Shown: positions 14,005 through 27,899 of the stretch, piece after piece
Numbering within the stretch: position 1 is the stretch's first letter
Layout: every line of letters begins with the position of its first letter
DNA from: Camelus dromedarius
Lineage: Eukaryota
Assembly (NCBI RefSeq): GCF_036321535.1
Contig: NC_087436.1
Location: 91,204,001 to 91,268,000, forward strand
Reading direction: 5' to 3'
DNA length: 64,000 nucleotides
The notes under the pieces: model-generated
Databases searched by the model: none
What the model was told of the DNA's origin: nothing
What the model saw: only the letters and a program-made list of their open reading frames with translations
Program-made: the position numbers and the translations under genes

Positions 14005-14175
14005 CAGGGTGTAACTTGTAGACAATTTATTCATCATCCTTGTGCCTTAGTTCCCCCAGTTGTATGATAAGAAGAGTAGTAGTACTCACTCCACAGGACT
14101 TTATGAGGCTCAAATAAGATAGTATACGTTGAACACTTAGAAAAGTAGGTGGCACATGCTAAGTGCTGAATAACT
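14005..14175 (+). mobile_element. MIR fragment
   Basis: tgtgccttagttcccc, tgaggctcaaataagat, ggcacatgctaagtgctgaataa. Confidence 0.7.
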
Positions 14176-14819
14176 TAACAAAATAAGAGTATATTATAAT
14201 GGTTCAGAAGTTGGAGACTACATCTTCTATAGCTAAATGGAAAAGGTAGTGTCTGAGATGGATGTTAAAAATGTGATTTTGGCAAGTGGACAAGACAACA
14301 CTCTGGAAGAGATGTCTATTCCAGATGGAGAGAGCCATAGCTCACAGATGGGATTTTGTGTCATGTTAAAGGAAGAGTCCTCCATTTTCACCGATATGGA
14401 AAGTAAGCACAAAGGAATAAGACCAAACTATCTGGAAACAGTATGTTGGGGTCAGAGAGTGGGAGGGCTGCTGGGCCAATCTGAGAACTTTTTTTACTTA
14501 ATTTAGAAATTACAAAAAAAAAAAAAGAAACAAACAGATATTATTAAGCCTGGAAGCTGATATGTTTAAAATTTTATCTTAGAAAATTTATGTATGTAGT
14601 TTTTTTTAAAAAAAGATTGGAGGAAAAGAGACATGTATGTTATTGGAAAAAAACTTACAATAAGGAAATAGGTTAGTGATAATAAGAATGAGAAAGGAGG
14701 AGTCATGGATGGATATTCAAAAATTAACTTTCATTTGGATTATCTACCAAATTTTTTTTCTTCTATTGGTTGCAGGGTGACCAGTAACAATGCCTGGAAT
14801 AACCCAAAGCAAGTTTTCC

Positions 14820-15855
14820 AGCCATGACAGCATAACTGGGACTGGAGTAGCTGTGTCTCAGCAAACAACTAGATCACTGGATAAAATAGGTTGAACAAAT
14901 GTTTTTGGATGTTGGGCAATGGGAAAGGCAGGGAGATCACAGGGAGAAGAGGAAAAATGAGGACAGCTTGATGATCACCTTGGCTTTTTCCCTGGAAACG
15001 TTTTCCTAACCGTAGGGCAAGGAGGCAGAGCCAAGGCAGAGTTCTGTGGCCTCTCTGAATTGAGATGAAAGAAACAGAGTGTAGCAAGTTCAGACTGCTG
15101 GAATTTGCAAGACTGAAGGATGCTATGGAGGAAAAGCTCCCAAACCCAGAATAGTTATATCGTCAAGTCTGTTATGAAAAATAAGCCAGCCAGGTGTAGA
15201 GGGAAATTCCATGAAGCTGATTAGGGAATGAGTAGGTGATCATGATAGATTTTCAGAGCTCACACAGGGCTTGGGGATGTTTTAGTTCTAACAGGCTGGA
15301 GTAGGGAGAATTGTTTGAACATTTGAGACATTCCTAAGAGTCCCCATAAGGGTCACACCTTAGAAATAGCTGTAAATTTAGCTTAGAATTAAGGCTACAC
15401 AAGACCCTTCCCCTCCAGAAAAAAAATCAACACACACAAAACCTAAAATAAACCCCTAAAAGATTAAGCTGGTCTGCACATTACTGCTCGTCAGAAGAAA
15501 AGTCTGATGCTTTTTTGAAAAGTTCAACAAAATTCAGAACTCAATAACGTAGCATTCACAATATCCAGAAACCAAAACAAACAAACAAAAAAATGTGAGT
15601 TATGCAAAAAAAAAAAATGTAACTCCTAATCTCCTTAGGAAAAAATATAATAGCAATGAATGTAGAAATTATAGAGACGATGAAAATAGCAGAAAATGAC
15701 TTAAATCATTTGTTATAAACTTGATGAGGATTTAAAGAAAACCGTGAACAGAATAATAATAGAAATAGAAGATATGAAAGAGAATTAAATGAAACTCACA
15801 GCTGAAATATAAAAGTCCTGAAATTAAAATTCAGTGGGTTGGATTAATAGCAGTT
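14820..15855 (+). mobile_element. Old L1 (L1MD/L1M4-like) 5' region and ORF1 start remnant
   Basis: gagaagaggaaaaatgagg...tggctttttccctggaaac 5'-end motif, then A-rich ORF1-like sequence ending aattcagtgggttggattaatagcag. Confidence 0.6.
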
Positions 15856-16375
15856 AATCTGATACCTTTCTAATCTTTTTATTAGTGAGTTTCTTGTCCC
15901 TGTCAATCAAGGGAGCTATGTGATTCTCTAACCATCATCATATGTCACCCACTTAACTACAAATCAGTGTTTCAGTGCCTCAGAGGTAATCCAGAGCACA
16001 AACAGTTCATTGATAAACATCTGAAATGTCAGTGTAAGCTGGAAAAAAATGTTCACTAAGGCAAACAAGGCCTTCATTTTTAGGAAGCTGGCTTCATTTT
16101 AATGAAAACCAGCCTATATCCAGGGTGATATTCCAAGGAAAGTGAGCCAAACTTCAGGGTTCATTGAGTGGAAAGAGAATGCCGATGTCCCTAGTGGTGA
16201 CCATGCAAAAAGTTTTCTAGATTCCCTAGGCCCATTTGCTTCCTTAAAATATGTAAACTATTTTATTTCTTCTTCTTTGTAGACTAATCCAGTATAGGCA
16301 AAATGAATGGACTTTTAATGGAGTTTGAATTTGCCTGGATAAATTGAAACTAAAATGTTTAATAAAGAATAAATG

Positions 16376-16490
16376 AGGGGAGGAGGGTAGAGCACATGCT
16401 TAGCCTGCACAAGGTCCTGGGTTCAATCTCCAATACCTTCATTAAAAAAATAAATAAATAAACCTAATTACCCCCCACCTCAAAAAAAAG
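16376..16490 (+). mobile_element. Camelid vic-1-like SINE lacking part of the A-box region
   Basis: gtagagcacatgcttagc, gtcctgggttcaatc, taaataaataaacctaattaccccc and an A tail; homologous to 4648-4795 and 49898-50033. Confidence 0.85.
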
Positions 16491-17139
16491 AGAATCCATG
16501 ATTGTATTCAACTCAGCTATAACAAATGCCATCCCTCTGTACTCAGTAGTTTTCAGGTAGAGAGATAATGTGAAGTTACTGAAGGGTCAGATTCATGAAT
16601 TCAAGGAGCTTATGATCCATTTGTCCTATTCTAGCGTATTGATACTTTACATTAATGATATTTCCTGGGTCGTCACATTATTACAGTAATAAAACCTCAG
16701 TTTTTACATCATCCTATCCAGAGGAAATATTGTATGGGACTTCAGTGTATGAAATTAAAGAAAAAAGACAGGTGGGATGGGAGGGGATGTGAGCCTTCAA
16801 ACTCAGAACTCAGTGTGTCCCTCCAGAAATCTCCACAGAGGTCTAGGGTACCTATTTGGATCCCCAAACCTCAGAACCTTATGATCCTGGAGCACACAAT
16901 TTGAAAATCAACGTCAAAGATAATTTTGCAGCAATCTACATAATTTTTTTTCTGAAGAAATATAGCCAAAACAATATGGAAATCTAACTTGGTTTTGATA
17001 CACTAACTAAATGTGTTTGTTTGGGGACTTTTAATGTACAAAAACCCTTTTTTAAATAACTGAAATTCAAACTAATTTGAGTCCAAACTAATCAGAAACG
17101 ATCCGATCATCTAACCCATGTTATGCTTAGACTGTCATT

Positions 17140-17570
17140 TACTCATGCGTGACACAACAGTGAAAAAGATAAAGTCTATGTTCTTATTAAACTTGCATTC
17201 CCAGGAAGGAGACAAAAATGTTGACTAGTTTAAAAAGTCAATATGTAAATTATGTCAGGAAATTATAAGTATGTGAGGACAAGCACAGAAAGAGAATAAG
17301 TGGGGGGAAATTCTTTCTTAAATAGGGGGTCAGGGAAGCTGAGGAGCTATACTTAGACAAAGATCCGATTGAAATTGAGATAATGGGTAAATTGGAATCC
17401 ACCCCATGAGTGTTCCAGGCAGCTAACATGGAGCTCGTTGGCAGATGTGCTAACGCATGTATTCAAGATGGGGACAGAAGTCTGATTGTAGTGGATCAGA
17501 GGAAAGGGAAAGAGATAAGGAAGAGAGTAGGTACTGACGAGTCTTTTAAGGACTTTGAGTGAGGGCAGAA
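17140..17570 (-). mobile_element. L2 fragment
   Basis: Purine-rich L2-like motifs (aaatagggggtcagggaag, agtgttccaggcag, taaggactttg). Confidence 0.55.
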
Positions 17571-18724
17571 AATCAATATTTGTTGAATAAATGATTAAGA
17601 GGATGGTCTAGTTTTCCTGATTCATTATAATGTCATTTTACATTGATGGCATTTCATAGATTAGTGGCTATCTGTTTTTTTCTAAACAATGAAAATTTTT
17701 ATCCATTTTGCCGAAGTATATCTTTTGTGGTGCCATCATACATAAACAGATGTCCTTAGAACATCACTAAATAATCTCATGAAGTTGTTAGTCTGCATAC
17801 AACCAGATGCTGTTATACTGAAATATTTATTGAAAAATCTACTACTGCAAAAGCTGAGTATGCATGTATTTATGTATAATATGTATATATGCACTGACCT
17901 GGACTTGTGATCCACTTATTCTAGGAAAAAATGAAAACGTATAGGTGCAGACATAAAAAGAACCATGGCAGTTCGTTCATGTATGTTCCCCCCAAACTTG
18001 TTTGTTTTGCTTTGTTTTTGTTCCAGTCTAAATTAGGAGCTCCGTCTTCCTGCAGTGATCAGAAGGGTTGGACTGCAAGACCTCAGGTAATGGGTAGGAT
18101 TTTCATAGCTGCAAAGATACTGGGAGAATGGTATGGGGCAGAGGAAGTGTTTGAAAAAGGGATAGAGGTAAGGCCTAGGCAAGAAAGCCTGAGAAATAGA
18201 AAAGGCGTGGCCCATGAGCTGACTGGATATAAGCAGAGGAGAAAGAACAGTAAAAGGGAATTAGATGTCTTCTGCTTTTTGTGCTCTAAAATTGTCTCAA
18301 TAAACTTTCAGAAAACCCACCTCACATATTCTTATTTTACTAATGAGGAAATTCAGGTGAAAAACACGTTATGTACTTACTGAACAGAGGATGGCATCAG
18401 CATATCCAAAGCATATCTGGCTCTGAAGTGTCTTTTCTACCAGACTTTACTGTCTCTTAGTTAAGTTCATAAAGAATCATTGGGCCCCTATTTTGGCTGG
18501 CCTTTGATACTGAGTTCAAGAATGTCAACTTCATTTATTAAGTAATAAATACATAATAATATTAAATAGCATAGATGTCTTTTTGAGTAGGCGTTAGTAC
18601 AGTCAGACCTGTGCTTTGGAAAGTCAATCAGGTAGCTGAGTCTAGAACTGATTGGTATGGAGAAATCAGGATAGAACACACCAAGAGTAAGTCAAATGTA
18701 GTCATGCAAGCGGAAGTTCCCAAG

Positions 18725-19210
18725 AGGATGGCAGCCCTGGAGGTGCACTGCTTGGCTCTCCCTTTCAGGAGGAACAACCTGCTGGTCAGTTGCAGGTTTT
18801 ACGGTTAGCGGACAGATCCCCACTGTTCAGTGCTTTCAGGATTCACACAGGTTTTTAAACCGAGGTCCTGCTTTTTACTGGGCAGCTCGCTGCCAGTGAC
18901 TGAGCATGTCGGGGGCCCTGACTCCTGGCCATTTCTGCCCACTGTCGGACTCCTGTAGTGGAAAGTCCTTGCTCCAGAGCTCCACACTGGGTTAGCCAAG
19001 TTAGCCAAGACTTTGTCAGATCTTGACTGTGGTTTGAGGCTCTCTCTGCCAATCCTGCTTCTCACTTCCTCCAAATCCTTGTCTTAAACATTTTTCAGAT
19101 CTGTATCACAATCTGAAGGCTTTCCCTACCCAGTTTTCCTTCTTCACCTATTATTATCTTTCATCGATATCATCCCCAACAAATTTCATGTGCTTCTCAT
19201 TCTATCTCAA
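18725..19210 (+). mobile_element. Solo LTR, LTR16B-like (ERVL)
   Basis: GC-richer block with ccagtgactgagcatg, cctggccatttctgccca, gctccagagctcc, agactttgtcagatct, tgaggctctctctgccaatcctgcttc. Confidence 0.75.
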
Positions 19211-22200
19211 AAATATTCATCTTGGGATAATGAAAGTGTGAAAGGCAAAAAGTGAAGACACATGCCAGAGCTGTTGCTGGGGGATGGTGGTGGTGGTGAT
19301 GATGATGATGATGCTAATGATAAGACTTACTTTGGCATCACCTAAGTTTTTCTATAGTCTCAGCCAGAAATACAGTTTATAAGTGTGTGGTTTCTAGAAC
19401 TGCCAATGTATCTAAAGAGGTGGAACCTAAGAAAGAGAGGAAAATTCAGAAAAAAAGAAGGCTCAAGGGTAGTAAGAGGAGAACTGTGCCAAAAGAGAAA
19501 AGAGTTTCAGTGATGAAGAAGGGATCAATACCATAAACACTGCCAAGCTGTCAAGGAGGGTGAACACAGCAAAAAGGTCATGTTACCTGCTTTTTCTGTT
19601 TCTGAAATGTGACTCTGTTCACCAGTGTGAGCATGAATGGCTGTAGGCAACAGAGTCCAAGAGGAGTCACTAATCTCCTAGAATCTTGGGTCTAGAACTT
19701 AATCATGTCAAAAACCCTAAGGAAATACCACTTCCCCAATGACACAATAGGCATGTATTTTTTCTTCTAAGTGTTTGTGGTAAGGAATTGACGTAAGAAC
19801 CATAATCAACCGTCGTTAAGACACACCGATATTCATTATAAGAATGAATGCCATGGATCACAAGAAGAGAAACCTTGAAGATACACACTCACACACTTCA
19901 TTTGCATTTATCTTTGTGGTTTTGACTAATTTGCATTCACTTTCCACTCTGGTTGAAGCAAATGGAACTAAACATAACATCTTCTTAAGGTGGTTTACAC
20001 ACTTCTTTTCTACAGTGGGACTTTCAGATTGGTGTTACAAACGCCATCTGCATTATTGCAGTTATTTAAAATTATGTTAAGAAAGGGGAAGTAGAAAAAT
20101 AGGGCTTTGAATAATGGCTTTACTTGACTAATATTTAGCCTAATTAACTGTGTCATTTTCTTTAGTGATTTTCACAGCCGACCTACAGTCTTTACCATAC
20201 AAAGTTGTGTGCTTTTTTCTGTAATGCAATCATTTTAATTATGGTCTTAATTCTGTCCTTCTGTTATTTGGAGCTAGACATACTCATTAGGAAGGAATGG
20301 TGTATTTCCAAGTCAAATTGGGCTGTAATTTCTATACCTGCTGTGTGTATTCAGAGAACAGTTTTCCAACTGTGATATTAATATTATATTATTTATCATG
20401 AAGGAAACTTGCCGACTTTTCATAAGTGGAAGAGCAAGATTATGCCCTACAGGGGCAATAATAGCAATTTTTTGTATAAAAATATTGATCTAATGATTTC
20501 TTTACTGGTACCAGGAGAAGTATGTGGCTGCCTGCATTACCATTAGCATGATTCTCATTTATACACAGGGTACTACTATATTTAAAACTAATTTTAAAAT
20601 CATATAGCTGAAGAGTTTTATATAACATTCTTTTATTGATCATAAATGTTAGAGTGTTGATAATGCTGATGAATTTTTAACTAATATAATTTTCTCATTA
20701 ATTCTATGAAGTTTAGTTCCATTTTTGTACATACACAAAAAATTGGGACATAAAATAACTTACTTATTAATCATTTACTGGATTTTAGGGCTAACCAAGC
20801 ATGTTTAGTTGAAAAAACTTAGGAATACGGTATTAAACATTGGGGAATGAATAGGAGCAAACCAAGGGATTTCTCCAGGATCAAATCTGGAAGATGGAGG
20901 TTAGTAGGTCTCCATTGACTAGTAACTTTCTGCTCTCGGTGTCTCCAGGAGTGCATTCTGATCCTAGGACTTTTGTTGCCACTGATTAGCACTGAGAAAA
21001 AGCTGAGTCACTTGCCATCCTCTCTGCCTTATGACCTGAGTCATCTGTGGTCCAAAGCCTTTGTTCCAACCATGATTGTCATGGACTTTGGCCAGAGGAA
21101 TTTAGATAGCCCTTTCATTCATTAGATGTACCTCATGCTGATGTTACCGTGTTTAACAAGGTCTGATTGACTCTTTGAAATGATGAACACTTGCTCATTT
21201 CTACTGGCTGGCATGACATTCACTTTAAGAAGGGCTAGAATTATATCTCTAGTCACAGCATCCGAGGGGCTGCCTCCACTTTGACATCTCCCAACAGAGC
21301 ATTGCCGTATGTAACGTTTTGGGCTCTAGTATCATCCTAGATAATGTGTTCTGGAGAATCTAAATCTGAAGGACCCTAGAGAGCAGTTTGGTAACTGGTC
21401 TTATTTCCCCATTTCCTGCTGAGCTCATGAGAGATTCAATCCAGGTCTTAGTAATCTTGTTCTTTCCTTTCAAATATGTACCTCACTTTTTGGGTTTATG
21501 AGCTTATAAAACCAAGGCTACAATCCCAATCACTAAACATGAAGATGTCTATTTCTTTTAATTAAAAGGCTGTGTGTATTTCATTAGGAAGAGCACAAGC
21601 TCACTGCGAGTCCCAGTTTCTGGTGACTTGGAGAACTAAGGAGGGCTGGCAGCATTACAGGTTTCTCTTTGTGCCTCTGCTACAACATCATTTGTGTTCC
21701 AATATCCAGTTTCTTTCATGCAGCCAGAGGTGGGGTAAAATTTGTATCTGTGTACAGTTTTGGTTTGAATCATGTTCATTCTTTCCCTGAAACTTAGGGT
21801 CTGTCACTAAAAGTGGCCTCTGGCCACTTAGTTGGTTTAATAATTGGTCTAATCATGTGATGTAGTTACTCTGGATATTTAACAAGCTATCAGAAGGAAA
21901 CTGATGAAATCAGCTATTGACTGGACTTCAGATGTAGAGAAAGTCTGACTGGTTGAATTTGTCACTTTTATTAGCCCCTCAAAGAGATTTGGGATTTGGA
22001 ATTTAAAATAGCTCCAGAATGTTTGGATGTGGGGATATAAAATTAGTCTGCTCGTATAGTTTGCTGCTGTATCTCCCTTATCTTTGGAATGAGGACCAGG
22101 GCCTCTGGTTATAGGTATCAGCTAAAACCTTGGGTAGTATGATCTTGCAATCCTGAAGTCATTTTGACAAAATTAAGCCTTTGAGGTATATAAATATGTA

Positions 22201-24199
22201 CATAATCATTTGAAAAAAAGCTTACAATCTACTGGAGAATTCTCAGGTGGTCTCCTATTGAGATCTGAGTCTGCTTACCTATTCAAATGCAGATCTAGCT
22301 AATGTTCATACCTTTCCTTTAATATGCTAGCAAATTGTTAATATTAAAGCATAGCCACAGAGTTTATGAACTTCTCAATTCAACTGACAATTCCTCTAGT
22401 AGAATATAAGCATCTTAAATTGTTCTTATACTTCTTTCATTGTCTTTCCCTTGGCTTCCAGTATTCAGTGTTTTGAATACATTTTTTGAAACTTGACTTG
22501 TGATATACAATTGCTAAAAAGTCTATTTTGTATTTTTTTTTATCTAGGTAGTGTATAAATCAATTTTAATTTTAGTAACACATATTGCATCTTCTCCCCA
22601 ATGCTCTGCTTTGTGGAGAATCTTGTACTTCACAATACTGTCCAGTCTAGTTGGGGTGTTAAGAAAGAAAGAAACACACAAAAATCCAAAAACCAAAACC
22701 AAACAAGCAAAAACACAGAACCCTTTTGACTAGAAGAGAGAATGCTTGTGTTTGGGGCAAAATAAAAAGGTGAAAAATTGATCAGTATATGCAGTAAATG
22801 TATAAAATTTTTAATTTCTTACAGTAAATTAAATTCATTTTAATGATACTAGCTCTCTACAGAACTTAATTTAATGTTTTGTGAACACTATATGGTAAAT
22901 TAGGGGTATGTATGTGTGTGTGTGTATATATATGTTTAGATAGCTAGGACCAATGATATACTTTTGTTTAAACTATTCATATTGGTTGAATATACTTCTA
23001 GAATTTCTCACTTAATTGTTAGTTCTTTGTTTTACTTTGTATAAGTCTAACCAGAGAGTACTTTTGAAACCATTTCCTTAGGGTATTTTATTCTAATCTG
23101 CCAAGAACATGTTTGAGAAAATTTCCAATTTTCTTTGCTATGTTTGACTCTCTCTGATATTCATTCTTCTTTTGCATTTATTATTCATGAAAATTGTTTA
23201 TATTATTAAAAATCAGGGTTTTTGAATGTTAAAAATAATTTCTATGATAAATTAAAAATTAAAGGCTAATTTATTATTCTTAGTACTTAAAATATTCTCA
23301 AGCTAAATATTAGATTACTGGACATGAACAAGTCAGAAGTTCTAGAAATGCCTAAGAAATAAACTAGAAATTGTCTGAAGTATCCAAGCTTGAGAAACAT
23401 GCCAAAGTAGTTCAATCGTAATGTGTCCTAGAAGGTATAGGAAAGGCATTGAAGTTTTTTCTTGGGACTTGATGAAAGAACACAGAAACAAGGAGAAAGG
23501 GAATAACATGAGCCGGAAGCGGAAGCAGAAGAACAGTGCAGAGGGGCCACATTTCACTAATTTCTTCCTTGCTGTCTGGAGAAACATGCATTGCTAGTTG
23601 AAAAGGGGAAGTTTATAGTACTGGTCCTGAAACTGTAACCCACAGAACATTCTTCTTTCACATATTTATGGAAATTCCTTAATACTGAAATTCTGTGTTT
23701 TTAATTCAGTGGTAATCTTTGAAAAATTACTATGAGACTATTCTCAATCAGTGCTTGGCCATTGTCTTGGAACACCAGATTCTCTGCCTGTATTTGCATT
23801 GCTTTTTAGATCTTATTATAGTGCTGCTTTAATTGTGTAGCCAATAACAGAGGAGAGACAGAGACAAGGTGTAAATGACGCATGTGAACTGAAAAACAAG
23901 TCCTGATAGTGTCATGGGATTCTGTGTAACTGAAGTGTCCATAGTAGTTTGACTAGAGAAAAACAGAACTAACTTGGCAGTTTGCACATAGACCCCCCCT
24001 TAATGTGGTGGCCAGTTCAATTTTCAGGTAAATACTGATTTAGTTCAGCATAACAACAGTATCTCTTACTTTATGTTAATGTTAATATTAACATATTTTA
24101 TCACATCAACTATATTTGTGTTATATATATTTAGATTGTATAGTTGCTAAAGACCTAAAAGCTCAATAAGTCTATACCTAATTACGTGTTGTAGATTTT

Positions 24200-26760
24200 T
24201 ATGATATTAAAATAGTATTCATATGCACTAAAATTCATTGATCTTATTATATATACAATTTAATGAATTCTGACAAAAACATACATAAATATAATATACA
24301 TCCCTATTAAAATATGGAACATATCACACCAGAAACATTTCACATCCTGCCTTTTTTGTCAATCCTGACCATCACTCCTTCTCCAAGGAAAGCCCTCTTC
24401 TGATTTTTACTGCCATAGTTTTGTCTGTTTTTGGATTTCTTATAGTGGGATTATACAGCATATGCCCTTGTGTAATCATCTTCTTCAGCATATTTGTCCA
24501 TGTTGTTGCATTATCTGTTCAGTTCTTTCCCTTTTTTTTAAAGAAAAATTGTGTTTCACAGCAAAATTGAGAAGGTACAGAGGTTTCTCATATAGTTCCT
24601 GTCCCCACACGTGTATGAACTCCCCCAGTATCAACATGTCCCACCACAGTGATATATCTGTTACAACTGATGAACTTATAATTATTAACACATCATTATC
24701 ACCCAAAGCCCATAGTTTACATTATTGTGCACTCTTGGCTTTGTACATTCTTGGGGTTTGGACAAATGTACAATGATGTGTTTCTATCATTAGGTCATCA
24801 TGCAGGGTATTTTCCCTGCTCTGAAAATCCTCTGTGCTCTGCTAATTCCTCTCTCTCCCCATCTTCCAACTCCTGGCAACCACTGATCTTTTTACTGTCT
24901 TCAGAGTTCTACCTTTTCCAGAATGTCATATAGTTGGAATCATGCAATATATGTAGCCTTTTCAAATTGGTTTCTTTCACATAGTAATCTGCATTTAAGT
25001 TGACTCCGTATCTTCTCATGGCTTGATAACTCATTTCTTAGCGCTGAATAATATTCCATTATCTGGATTTACCACAGTTTATTTATCTATTTATCTATTG
25101 AAGAACACCTTCATTGCTTCCAAGTTTTGGCAATTGTAATAATGCTGTGGTAAACATTTGTGTTCAGGTTTTTGTTTGGTTATAAGTTTTCAACTCCTTA
25201 GGGTAAATACCAAGGAGGGCAATTGCTGGATCACACGAGAGCATGTTTAGTTTTATAAGAAACTGGCAATCTGTCTTGCAGAGTGACTTTGCCAGTTTGC
25301 ATTCCCACCATCAGTGGATGAGACTTCCTGTTCCTCCACATCCTCACCAGGATCTAGTGTTATCACATATTTTGGATTTTGGCCATTCTAATAGGTGTGT
25401 AGTGGCATCTCACTGCTGTTTTAATTTGCATTTCCCTGGTACCGTATGAAATGGAACACCTTTTCATATGCTTGTTTGCCATCTGTGTGTCTTCTTTGGT
25501 GAGGTGTCTTTTAAGGTCTTTGGACCATTTTTTAAATTGGGTTGTTTGTTTTTCTATTGTTAAGTTTTAAGAGTTTCTTTGTCTCTTTTGGATAAGAGTC
25601 CTATATCAGGTGTGTTTTTAACAAATATTTTCTTCCAGTCTGTGGCTCGTCTTCTTATTCTCTTGACTTTGTCTTTTGCAGATTACACATTTTAAATTTC
25701 AATGAAGTTCAGCTTATCAGTTATTTCTTTCATGGTTCATAACTTTGATGTTGTATCTAAAAAGTCATCTTCAGAAAAATGGTAAGGATTTGGACAAATG
25801 CAGAAGAAGTAATCAAGTTCGTCCAGGTTTTCTCATATGTTATCTTCTAGGTATTTTATATTTAGGCTTGTGATCCATTTTGAGTTAATTTTTATGAAAG
25901 GAGTGAAGTATGTGTATGGATTTATTTTTTTGCATGTAGATGCTCATTTGTTCTAGCATCATTTGTTGAAATTTTGTCTTTGCTCCATTGTATTGCCTTT
26001 GCTCCTTTGTCAAAGAGCTGAATATGTCTGTGTGGGTCTACTTCTGAGCTATTCTATTTCATTAATCTCTTTGTCTGTTCTTTTGCCAATACCACACTGT
26101 CTTGATTACTGTAGCTTTATAGTAATTTTGCAGTTGGATAGTTTCAGTCCTCAACATTTTCTTCTTCAATATTCTGTGGGCCACTCTGTATCTTTTGCCT
26201 CTACATATAAGCTTTAGAATCTTTTGTCTGTAGCCACAAAATAACTTGCTAGAGTTCATTTCTTTTTATGGCTGAATAGTTATCCATTGTTTGAATATGC
26301 CACAATTGATCTTTAGATAGATATTTAAGTTGCCTCCAACTTTTGCCTGATATGAATAAAGTTGCTAACATTGCTATATATTTCTTTATGTGGACATACG
26401 TTTTTACTTATTTTTGTAAACCTAGTAGAATTACTTTGTCAAATGATGTGTTATTTAATTTAATAAAAGAGTGCAAGATAAGTTTCCAAAGTGGCTGTAG
26501 CATTTTCACTCTTAATAACAATATAGAGAGTTCCAGTTTCTTGATGTGCTTTCAAAGTTTTAGTGCTGTCAGTCTTTAAATTTAGCTAGTTTAGTGAGTT
26601 TGTGGTGGTATCTTGTTATGGTTTACTTTATATTTCCCTGATGACTAATGAGATTGAACACCTTTTATGAGCTTATTGACCGTTTGTGTATTTTATTTTT
26701 GAAGTGTCTTTCCAAGTTTTTTTTTTCCCCTGTTCGGTTTTATCTTTAAGTATTTATTTG
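24200..26760 (-). mobile_element. Nested L1s: L1MC1/2-like fragment (~24530-26252) inserted into an older L1MB/ME-like 3' end
   Basis: tttcacagcaaaattgag...gtacagag L1MC 3' end; ORF2 remnant YYKATVIKTVWYWQKNRQ; degenerate TSD agttctttcccttttt / agttcatttcttttt; host sequence resumes after 26252. Confidence 0.8.
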
Positions 26761-26829
26761 AATAATGTTTTTATATTTATACAACTATTTCATTACACAA
26801 TTATGACATAATTATTGTTTATTTAATTT

Positions 26830-27230
26830 CCAAGCATTTGGCTATTATCTGAAATATATTTGCTATTGGTTTTTAATTTAATATTGTGCTCAGAGAGCAT
26901 ATTTTAGGTGATATAAATCCTTTCAAAGTAATGATTTGTATTGGAATATGTTCCTTCTCAATATTTTGTTGTAATGTTCTAAATTGTCAGTTATTTTAAG
27001 TTAGTTGGTGGTGTTAAAATCTTAAACATCCCTGCAAGTTTTTTGTCTCCTATTTTATCAGTTACTGAGAGGAGGTGCAAATCCTTCAACTATAATTGTG
27101 GAACTGTCTATTTCTCACTTTAGGTATGTCATTTTGTTTTATGTGTTTTGAAGCTCCATTATTAGGTACGTATGTATTTGGAATTATGTCTTCCTGATGA
27201 ATTGACTTTTTTTATCATTTTAATCATATC
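26830..27230 (-). mobile_element. Old L1 endonuclease-region remnant
   Basis: agttactgagagg, caactataattgtgga, ttttgaagctccattattaggt; similar to 39850-39990. Confidence 0.65.
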
Positions 27231-27899
27231 TGTTCATTGTAAGCCTATTTTGCTGGGTTTTTTTTCCCTAGATATGTCTTTTGATTTCTATATCTTTGAC
27301 CCTTTTATCTTGCTGTCTCCTGAGAAGCTTAAACAAAATATCGAAACATATAAACAGCAAGAGAAAAGATTGTTTTAAAATTACCAGTATTTCAATCAAG
27401 GTGAAAACATTTAACTTAAAAAGAACATGTGTGTGTTTGTGTGTGTTACGCAAATCTATAGAAGGTTAAACAAAGATTTGGTCTTCAAACAATCCTGCTA
27501 GGTAAATTGGGCAAATACCTCCACTTTGGAGATAAAGTCAATGAAGCTCAAAGTCACTCAGCATTTAAACCATAGATTCATGATTTTAACCTGTTTTTTC
27601 CCTGCCTCCAAAATCTAAACTCCCCTGCCATGCAAGGTTGTTGAAAAATAGGAAAAAAAATCATTCTTCTTCCTGTAAATTCAGAATGTACTTCCCTATT
27701 CAAAACAGGCCTCAACTTGCTATTTCTCTTTGTTTTCTTTCAGTATATAAAAGGGAGATTTTTTCTATTATAAGTACAAATTATTTGCCTTACCATCTTC
27801 TCCTTGCTCTAAAAAGTCCAATTTAAAATACATACTTTTGAAAAGTCCCTGTCATTAGCTCTATTATACTTAGATCAATTAATTTATAATTTGCTTTAC

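Noticed and set aside
14237..14506. 89-aa ORF with acceptor-like and donor-like sites
   Set aside because: Lies in purine-rich L2-like sequence next to a MIR; no recognisable protein
17931..18383. 150-aa ORF
   Set aside because: No recognisable domain, compositionally patchy, and runs into a MIR-like remnant
18805..19074. ORFs in a GC-richer block
   Set aside because: Explained by the LTR16B-like solo LTR
20925..20975. Faint GVPQGSILGP-like RT motif
   Set aside because: Needs indels to align and has no flanking support
24079..24094. 16-bp palindrome atgttaatattaacat
   Set aside because: AT-rich, short and adjacent to a slippage repeat; not distinctive
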